The notes beneath the pieces are model-generated. The model had not been told where the DNA came from. It was given only the letters and a program-made list of their open reading frames with translations, and made no database searches. Source: Pelagomonas calceolata (Eukaryota). Taken from it: a DNA stretch of 64,000 bases. Shown piece by piece: positions 52,722 to 60,685 of this stretch. Location of the stretch: contig CAKKNE010000006.1 of the NCBI GenBank assembly GCA_918797485.1, positions 2,046,001 through 2,110,000 on the forward strand. The letters are read 5' to 3'. Made by a program: the position numbers and the translations under genes. Position 1 is the first letter of the stretch. Each line of letters begins with the position of its first letter.

Positions 52722-55067
52722 TCAGATGTCGTCGCTCCCCCACGAGTCGAACGTCGGGCGACTGCCGCCGTCGTCGTACTCGTCCCACGGCCGCTTCGCG
52801 AGCGGCAGGCGCGGCGCCCAGTCCGACTTTTGAGCGTCAGAATCAGCTAAAGGCGCCTCGACGACGTCGCCCCGCTTCTGGACGATGCGCCGTCGCCGCT
52901 CGACCGCCGCCTGTTGTAAGGGGGACTTCGCGGTCCTATCATGTATTGAAGCAAAATCAACCCCACCGAAGAAGGGATCCTCACGAACCTCAGTCCACTC
53001 GTACAGCCGCTTTGTAGTCGGTTTAAGCAGCTTCGAGATAAAGCCCACGAGCTCCGACGAAAACGAACGTGGATACCGCGGTCGCATCCTCAGGATGGAT
53101 TCATAGAGCGCCATGTCATCCGCACCACTAAAAGGGACCCGACCGTTCCCCAGCTCAAAACACAAAACCCCGAAACACCAGAAGTCCACACTTGTCCCAT
53201 GGCCTTCGGAACGCAAAACCTCCGGGGCTAAATACTGGGAAGTGCCGCACATGGTCCAGGTCTTCGTCTCGGAGCCTCTCAAAACCTTCGCGAGGCCGAA
53301 ATCAACTAACTTGACATTGCCGGACGCGTCCAGGACCAGGTTCTCGGGCTTCATATCCCTATAAATGATCGACTTCTGGTGAGTGTGTTCTAACGCTCGT
53401 GCCGACTGCGCGAGGATGAATTTCAGCGACTCTTCGTCGAAGCTGACACGTCTTAACAGATGTTCGTAGATCTCCCCGCCTTCGACCAGATCCAGTATGA
53501 GATAGATGTGTGACTTATCTTGGAAGCAGGCCCTCAAGCTAATAATGAAGGGTGAATCTAGGGAAGCCAACACCTCACACTCCCCAACAACGTAGGCCTC
53601 CATGGCCTCGTCCGTGACTCGCGCCTTGTCCTGCAGTTTGCACGCGAAAATACGACCGGTGCCCTTCTCCAGCACTCGTTTGACCACGCCAAAGTGGCCC
53701 GTGCCGACCACTTCTAGAGCGTCAAAATCATCGGTAGACAAAGGACATTCCTCCTCCGCGAACGATTCCAGTGAACTTTTATCCAATGAGGACGACTGCC
53801 TTCGAGAGGGACTCTGGTTCGTATGGGCCGTCTCGATGACATCTTCTAAATGTCCTAGATGGCGCTCGAAGTCGTGCCTCGATAGTGTGAGGACTTTCGT
53901 ATGCGTCGAGGCTCGCACCGAGGCGGTTCGGAGTTCCGAGGATAACAACGCCAATTCCCCGAAGTGGCCGCCCTCGTTTATAGATTTGGTCCGGTTCTTG
54001 TCCGTGATTCTCGGCGCCCTTTGGGACGGATCGAAACTCTGATCGACGTGGACGTCCACTCTGCCACTTTCAACAACAAAAAACTGCGACGCCGTGTCGC
54101 CCTGCCTGACAATCACCTCGCCCTTCGCGAAGGTCTCCGTGGCCATCTCGGCGGCCAGTCTCGCTAGATCCGTCGCTTTTAGAGCGGACCCTAGGCTTAT
54201 CGTCGAATCACCACCTCCCAGAGTGGCTTCTCTCAAAAAAGCTACTCGCTTCTGGATGACGCCGTCGTGCACTCTTCGCAAGGCCGCTTTGCAGTCCAAC
54301 CGGTCCAGAGCCCACAGGACACAAGGACCGCAGCACACGACCGTCGCGTTTCTCGGAGACGCATGCAATAAAGCTAACTCACCAAAGCCCGCGCCCGCGG
54401 CAATGGACTTCGTATACACGCCGTACTCCGCCGACGTCTCGCCCAGATCCAAATCGCACAACTGCTTCAGCGCCGGTTCTCTCTCATTCTTGTGGTGAAA
54501 CACCCGTACCTCGCCCTTCTCCACCACATAATAGCGGTCGCCGGCGTCGCCCTCTCTGACAACGACGTCTCCCGCTTCGCAGTGCACCACGTCGAAGGGG
54601 TCCGTGAGTATGCGTTTATGTGCTTCATCTAGACCCCTGAACAGCGCCACAGAAGTAATAGCGTGCCAGAGCACGTCTCTCACCCTATCTTCTTTGGGTA
54701 TATTTTGGGCTTCATACGCAGCAACATCATCGGAGAAGCGTCGCACGTCCACAACTCGCCCTATGCGAGAAGCAGCGCCAAAAACGCGCTCGCCGTGGAG
54801 CGACGAGTCCAGCTTCTTCGGACTGGGTCGATCAATGGAATTACTGGGAGACGACCGCGTCGTGGCCCCACCCAACTCAAAACGTGTTACTGACGAGCGA
54901 TGGGCTCTGGTCGGACTGATGAGGCCGCTCCTCGCCCGCTTCGGCGGGTGGGGCGTGGCCTCATCTAATTTCCGACGCGTCGCCGCCAGCTCGTTTCGGA
55001 GTTCGTCTCTCTCTTGACGTAGCTGGCGGAGCTCCTCGTCGCGGGGTGCGCTCGCACCGGCGCCCAT
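52722..55067 (-). CDS. Cyclic-nucleotide-dependent protein kinase (PKG-like): two CNB domains + AGC kinase
   Basis: MGAGAS; FGELALL..PRNAT and FGELALL..LRTAS; GTGHFG, YRDMKPEN, DFG, TMCGT..YLAPE. Confidence 0.93.
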   Translation of the reverse strand: MGAGASAPRDEELRQLRQERDELRNELAATRRKLDEATPHPPKRARSGLISPTRAHRSSVTRFELGGATTRSSPSNSIDRPSPKKLDSSLHGERVFGAASRIGRVVDVRRFSDDVAAYEAQNIPKEDRVRDVLWHAITSVALFRGLDEAHKRILTDPFDVVHCEAGDVVVREGDAGDRYYVVEKGEVRVFHHKNEREPALKQLCDLDLGETSAEYGVYTKSIAAGAGFGELALLHASPRNATVVCCGPCVLWALDRLDCKAALRRVHDGVIQKRVAFLREATLGGGDSTISLGSALKATDLARLAAEMATETFAKGEVIVRQGDTASQFFVVESGRVDVHVDQSFDPSQRAPRITDKNRTKSINEGGHFGELALLSSELRTASVRASTHTKVLTLSRHDFERHLGHLEDVIETAHTNQSPSRRQSSSLDKSSLESFAEEECPLSTDDFDALEVVGTGHFGVVKRVLEKGTGRIFACKLQDKARVTDEAMEAYVVGECEVLASLDSPFIISLRACFQDKSHIYLILDLVEGGEIYEHLLRRVSFDEESLKFILAQSARALEHTHQKSIIYRDMKPENLVLDASGNVKLVDFGLAKVLRGSETKTWTMCGTSQYLAPEVLRSEGHGTSVDFWCFGVLCFELGNGRVPFSGADDMALYESILRMRPRYPRSFSSELVGFISKLLKPTTKRLYEWTEVREDPFFGGVDFASIHDRTAKSPLQQAAVERRRRIVQKRGDVVEAPLADSDAQKSDWAPRLPLAKRPWDEYDDGGSRPTFDSWGSDDI

Positions 55068-55543
55068 TGCTGCTGGGGGTCTCTGTCTATGGCTGCCTTT
55101 GATGCACCGTTATTGCTCGCAGGGCTGCCCCTTCGTTGTCACGGCGTGGGATCCATACCCTCCTCCTTTATTTTGGATTCGTCGTCCCGATGCGCGCGCA
55201 CAGCTCGTAGCGCCGCTCCTCCGCGTTGGACAGCCTGGGAGACCGGACTAGGGGGGGCGGCGCCGAGGGACGGCTCGCGCCGCATGCTAGACTTGCCGAG
55301 GGCTGTGCTACGGCCTGGGTTTTGCATCATTTGAACCGCACCCGCACGCAAAACGCATGCGTCGAGTCCGGCTGGCATTATTGTTGCTGAAAGCTGGGCA
55401 TAATTGTGCCTTTGTTGCTGAAAGCTGGGCGCACTGTCGCCACAGTGGTCGCTGCTCCTGCACGCAAGCACTAGGTGCAGCCCCACTGCGAAAAAACAAG
55501 GCACAGCAAGTGCAGCCCCACTGCACAGCGTACCATACGTACC

Positions 55544-56359
55544 ATGACGACCTCCCCAATGAAAGCTGATGAGACCGAGAGCGACATCACCTTCGATGTT
55601 CTAAAAAAGTGGAACCTGCGCGCTGGTATCGTGCACCTCGTGCAGGCGGTCTTGATGCTGCTCGCCTCGCAGCTCGTACCGCGCATCCGCGACTTTCGCC
55701 TCGAGCTGACGACGGCGTTTCAGGATTACGACGACGTCCAGAGGAAATTAGTGACGAACGTCAAGGATGTTGGGAGCGTTCCCATCGGGCCCCTCGTGTC
55801 GGTATTTTTGTTTATGTCGGCGGTAGCACATTTATTGGTAGTATCACCATTGTACTTCGAGACCTACTGTGATGACATACGCAGGGGAATAAATAGAGCG
55901 CGGTGGTACGAGTATGCGTTGAGTTCTGGCCTAATGATTGTCTTGATTGCGATGCTCTTCGGCTGTCGCGACCTCGCGTCCCTACTACTGATACTGGCCG
56001 TAAATGCGTGCATGAACCTCTTTGGTCTGTTGATGGAAGTTCTGAACCAGTACACGACGAGCACGGACTGGACGCCCTTCTGGTTTGGTTGCGTCGCGGG
56101 CGTCTGGCCGTGGATCGTGGCCCTGATGTATTTCCTCGGAGGCGGGAATTACGACAAGATCCCGGACTTTGTGTATGGCGTTTTTGTGTCCTACGCGTTG
56201 TTCTTCAACACGTTCCCGATCAACATGGTGCTGCAGTACAGGAAGGTGGGACGGTGGGCCGACTACCGGTACGGCGAGCTGTGGTACGTGTTCCTGTCGT
56301 TGGGGTCGAAGAGCCTGCTCGCGTGGGTCGTGTTTGGCGGGACGCAGCAGCCGAATTAA
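55544..56359 (+). CDS. Heliorhodopsin
   Basis: GIVHLVQ, AVAH, NRARWYEYALSS, FGLLME, FFNTFPINM, YVFLSLGSKSLLAW (retinal-binding Lys); 7 hydrophobic helices. Confidence 0.95.
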   Translation: MTTSPMKADETESDITFDVLKKWNLRAGIVHLVQAVLMLLASQLVPRIRDFRLELTTAFQDYDDVQRKLVTNVKDVGSVPIGPLVSVFLFMSAVAHLLVVSPLYFETYCDDIRRGINRARWYEYALSSGLMIVLIAMLFGCRDLASLLLILAVNACMNLFGLLMEVLNQYTTSTDWTPFWFGCVAGVWPWIVALMYFLGGGNYDKIPDFVYGVFVSYALFFNTFPINMVLQYRKVGRWADYRYGELWYVFLSLGSKSLLAWVVFGGTQQPN

Positions 56360-56390
56360 TTCGCAGACTAATTTTATTCAAGTTTATATC

Positions 56391-57133
56391 CTAGCGCCCG
56401 GCGTCGATGCCGAACATCCAGAAGAATACGAACACGTAGAACGTGACGGCCAGCGAGACCAACGAGAAGATCACGCCGCCGTCCGCACGAATGCCGAAGA
56501 GCCGAGCGTCGTGGACGCGGTTGTATATTTCTAGCTGTTCGGCGGCGCAAGCCAATATCTCGTCGGACGCCTGGGCGCGCGCCGCGAGTGCTGGGAACTG
56601 CGCCGCGTTGGCCTGGGCCGCGAGGCGCCGCTGCGCGAACAATGAGACCGCGGTCTCGCACTTCTCGTTCGCGAGCGCCGCGAAATAGGCCTGTGATTAT
56701 GCGCATCAACGCCATGCCGTCGCGTCGATGGCGTGCCGCGCGAAGAGTCAAGACGCCGGGTCCGCGCCGACGCGACCAGGACGAGGAACAGGAGCAGCAG
56801 GAAGAAGAGCAGCGCCCACGTCCGCGACTGCGTCAGAAGCTTCCGCTGGTGGTCGGTCACGAGCTGAATGAAGAAGTCGACCATGGCCCCGCCGAGGACG
56901 ACCGTCACGAGCACCAAGTAGTACTCCGCTCGTCTCTCGTAGCGGAACCCGAAGCTCCCAAGCACGGCGCGCCCCTGCACCCACACGATGCCATCCAACG
57001 GCCGCTGGCAGATCTGCAGGCGCGGGATCGGCGCGCCGCCCAGGTTGCACGCCTCGCGCCGCACCAGTAATCGGATGTAGGCCGAGAGCACTGCGAGGGC
57101 ATCGATGCGTGAGTTGTTGCCGTACGTGGACAA
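56391..57133 (-). pseudogene. Multi-pass membrane protein fragment with probable GC-AG intron ending at 56691
   Basis: Two hydrophobic ORFs joinable across a motif-bearing intron; no in-frame ATG found upstream. Confidence 0.4.
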
Positions 57134-57371
57134 TCGAGCAGTACTGGGTGGCGTCCACCAGTGGTCTATACCGCCGATGGTTTGCTATAAAACCAGGGTC
57201 GCGGCGGTTCAAAAGTCGTCGGTCTGAACTAACTTTTAGCTCGCTCTACGGCGTTGAGCGCGGAGCTTCAGCAACACAGCCTGAAAAACCCGTTTTGCAA
57301 AACGCCGTCGACGCGCCCACCACTCAGGGACACGTAAAGGAACACAAAAACAACAGTTAAGAAAGATAAGA

Positions 57372-57914
57372 CTAGTGCCGGTGCGTCAAAAACGACGAGA
57401 CCGTCAGCCAGCCGAGGGACGTGCACGCGATGAAGCCGATGCGCAGCGGCACGGGCACGACCGTAAACACGAGCAAATTCGCCGGCACCCAGACCATGTA
57501 GTAGTTGGAACAGATCATCTGCCACTCGTGCGTGTATCTCTCCAAGCCGCCTCGCATCCCGATGCCGTCGTATAGATAACCTTTGTACGCGTAGTAGACC
57601 GGAAAGCACACCAAGGGCACGTGCACGGCGGAATCAAAAGCTACTTTCCTCACAGCGTTTTTGAGGGACGTGTCCAAGCCGAAGAGCCGCGCGTACCCGA
57701 CGTTATACAGCGCGTGCTGGAACCAGCCGCAGTACCACCCGCCATAGAAGGCGAAGACCGCCGTCCGTTTCCAGTTCTGCTCCTGCTTCCCTTCCACGAT
57801 TCTTTGGGAAATGGTATCTGCGATCACGCCCTTGACGGCGCAGGAGCCGAACGCGACGGCGTAGGGCCGCTTCGTCGAGAGCTCGGCGTAGGCGGCGAGG
57901 GCCCGTGACGCCAT
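57372..57914 (-). CDS. Mpv17/PMP22-family membrane protein
   Basis: ADTISQ, WKRT..F..YG, KVAFD, VWVPANLLVF.VVP..LR. Confidence 0.92.
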   Translation of the reverse strand: MASRALAAYAELSTKRPYAVAFGSCAVKGVIADTISQRIVEGKQEQNWKRTAVFAFYGGWYCGWFQHALYNVGYARLFGLDTSLKNAVRKVAFDSAVHVPLVCFPVYYAYKGYLYDGIGMRGGLERYTHEWQMICSNYYMVWVPANLLVFTVVPVPLRIGFIACTSLGWLTVSSFLTHRH

Positions 57915-58262
57915 TGTCTCTCGTTGCCGTTGCAGCTGTGTGACGTCGCCACGCGGCTGTGTGAAGTTGCAGCTGTGCAGGCAGGGTGGCGTAGACGCCA
58001 CAGGTGCAAACAGAGTCGCGTTTGCTTGCTCGTGCGGCTGCCGCACACGATAGGGACTGCTTCCTTGCCTGTGCCGTGTCGAACAGACGTATGAGCGCTC
58101 TGTTTGGGCCAAATTGCCGCATTTGCGGCTGAGAAAACCCGTTTAAAAATAAAGGTAAAAGAAATAAAAGACAACGCGGCGCGAGAATAAGGCAGCGCTG
58201 TTACGCGCGCTCGCAGCATTTTGGCAATTATCGCCAGCGGAATCACTAGCCTGACGTGAGCC

Positions 58263-59171
58263 ATGGCGAAGAAGAGCCCGAAGAAGCCCACCAAGGCCAA
58301 GGCCGCGGCTAAAAAGAAGAATCCCGCCAAGCACTGTTGCGGCGTAATCATTACGTACGCGTGCCCTCGAGCGCCGCACATCTCAAAAGACAAGCGCCGC
58401 AGCCCGCCGCAGCGGTCAACACCGTCGCGCGCGCGCGTCGCCTTACACACGCGGTGAAACTGTCGACGCTCTCGAGACGCGAATCGGAGTTTCACCACAC
58501 CCCCCACCACAGGCCCGCGGCCAAGGCTAAGAAGTCGCCCGCCAAGCCGGCGTCGGCCAAGAAGAGCCCCAAGAAGTAGCAAGCCGTGTCTGGACCCTAT
58601 GTTATTCTCACGAACGCGTTACAGGCCCGCGCCCAAGAAGGCGACGCCGAAGAAGAGCCCCAAGCCCGCGGCCAAGTCGCCCAAGGCCGCCAAGCCCGCC
58701 GCGAAGGCCAAGCGCGACGGCGGCGTCCGACGTCGCGTCGACGGCGTCCGGGCCGACCGCGCCGACCGCAGGTCGCCCAAGGCCGCCAAGCCGGCCGCCA
58801 AGTCGCCCAAGGCCGCCAAGAAGTCGCCCGCGAAGCCCGCCTCGAAGGCCAAGTCGCCGGCCAAGAAGAAGAGCCCCGCCAAGAAACCGGCCTCGAAGGC
58901 GAAGAGCCCCGCGAAGAAGAAGACGGTCGCCAAGAAGTCGCCCGCCAAACCTAAAGCGGCGCCGAAGAAGAGCCCGAAGAAGGCCGCCTCGCCCAAGGCG
59001 AAGAAGCCTGCGGCGAAGCCGGCCGCCAAGAAGCCCGCGGCCAAGCCGGCCAAGGCGCCGTCGAAGGCGTCGGGCACGCGCAAATCGAAGCGCTCCGTCG
59101 CGAAGTCGTCGATCCCCGTCGCGCAGCGCGGCTCGGCGATGATGGCGAACGAGTACGGGGAGAGCCTCTAG
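58263..59171 (+). CDS. Second H1-tail-like K/A/P-rich protein, about 205 aa, 3 introns (58331-58512, 58576-58624, 58712-58771)
   Basis: SPKK/SPAK repeats; all three introns split an AAG codon (AA|G); donors GC, GT, GC. Confidence 0.8.
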
Positions 59172-59191
59172 GCGGTTGTTGGGGGTAAAGC

Positions 59192-59587
59192 CAGGGTAGG
59201 AATTGAGTAGCACTTAACTTCCTTTCCGGAAGTTAATTTTGGTTTTGGGTCGGACTACTTTTGGTTTCGGGTCAAGGCTGAGACCGGGACTTAGTACTGG
59301 CAACCGCGCGCGCGCCTCGCGAGTCGCCGCCCTCGCGGAGGAAACATCCGCCTCCTGAGCCCACCAGGCCACCAAAGACACAGGTAGGGGCCTGCCGGAA
59401 CCACATTTTACCACATTTTACCCGTTTAGGCCCGTTTTTTTGACATCTAGATCACTAAGTGACGGGTTTTGCTAAATTTACCCCCCCTCTCTACTTCAAC
59501 TTTACGTTGAACTTCGCAGGACTTTTGGTTTCGGAGCCACTTATCAGGCCGCCGGGAAGTAAAGTTCAGATCTCGATTCCTACCCTG
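59192..59587. mobile_element. Non-autonomous hAT-type DNA transposon (MITE), 396 bp
   Basis: TIRs CAGGGTAGGAATTGAG / CTCGATTCCTACCCTG (15/16 match); perfect 8-bp TSD GGTAAAGC at 59184-59191 and 59588-59595. Confidence 0.9.
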
Positions 59588-59612
59588 GGTAAAGCCATTA
59601 CTCGAAGGATGC

Positions 59613-60464
59613 CTACTCGGCGAGGCACCAGTAGCCGAGGACCTTGGATCGGAGTTCGTTCGGCAGGCCCGCGACGCGTCCGAGAAGAGGATCCGCCGTC
59701 GTCGCCCGCCCGCGGGCGACCAGCCACCAGAGGCGGAAGGACGCTTTCTGCTCAGCACGGCGGAACGCCAGCCAGGAACCTTCGCGTCGCACGCCGGCGA
59801 CGAGCTCCTTGATAGTCTTGAGCTCATCAGCATTCAACTGCGGGTGGAACCCCTGTGACTCCATCTCATACTCTATGCCGTCTATCACCTCCTCCACCGA
59901 CCGCTCCGACAGAGCCGACTCATCACCGAAGCATGAATCCAGCTCCGCGCCGGCCCGCAGCAGCAGCGTCACGACGTCCGCGCGCGGTCCCTGAGGTCTC
60001 TCGCAAATACTCAAGCACACGCCCAGAGGAGTATAGGAACCTTGGCCTACGTGCGGAGAAGCGCCCGCCGATAGAAGCTCCGCGACCAACTCTGCACATA
60101 CCCCATGGCTACAAGCTACCGACATTGCGGTATTTTCATAGCACCACGAGACGTGATTCACGTCGGCACCTTGAGCAATGAGGTACCGTACCAAATCGAC
60201 GTAGGCTTCGTCGTCTCGCGAATTGTACCGGTCGTCGTGGTCGGGCCCCGTACACGCATGCAGGAGAAGCGTCATACCACGGAGGTCCTCGTCCTCGGCG
60301 TTCACCCAGTCTCGCTCGTCGTCGCTGTCATGGCCCTCTAGCCACCACCTGACTTCTTCGAGATCTCCTTCCGCTGCAGCCCTCGCGATATTACATGGAA
60401 CGAGTGGAACATTATGCTCTGGGTCCGAGTCTGGGAGCGACTCGAGATCCGAATCCGATTCCAT
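59613..60464 (-). CDS. Ankyrin-repeat protein
   Basis: AAAEGDLEEVRWWL, LVRYLIAQGADVN, LLSAGA, LLLRAGA. Confidence 0.88.
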   Translation of the reverse strand: MESDSDLESLPDSDPEHNVPLVPCNIARAAAEGDLEEVRWWLEGHDSDDERDWVNAEDEDLRGMTLLLHACTGPDHDDRYNSRDDEAYVDLVRYLIAQGADVNHVSWCYENTAMSVACSHGVCAELVAELLSAGASPHVGQGSYTPLGVCLSICERPQGPRADVVTLLLRAGAELDSCFGDESALSERSVEEVIDGIEYEMESQGFHPQLNADELKTIKELVAGVRREGSWLAFRRAEQKASFRLWWLVARGRATTADPLLGRVAGLPNELRSKVLGYWCLAE

Positions 60465-60599
60465 TTGTGCGATCGTCTAAGGCCGCCGTAGGCCGGACAG
60501 AGGATGAGGGCCTTTAGCTTCGTTACAACTGATTATAGAGACGCTCTCGCGCCGTCTCTTGGGACCAGTTGGTCCGGATCCGGGCACTCGGGCACTCGA

Positions 60600-60623
60600 G
60601 CTAGCGGCCAGTAAGACACTAGC
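60600..60623 (+). promoter_or_regulatory. Bipartite CTAG promoter motif GCTAGCGGCCAGTAAGACACTAGC
   Basis: Lies between divergent ankyrin and Tex-like genes. Confidence 0.6.
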
Positions 60624-60685
60624 AAGCGCAGCTCGAGATCAAAAGCGGCACAGCCGGCCGCGCACGCTGCGCAGCGCTCATCTGC

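Noticed and set aside
59236..59272. TTTTGG runs as telomeric repeats
   Set aside because: Irregular, few, and internal to the MITE.
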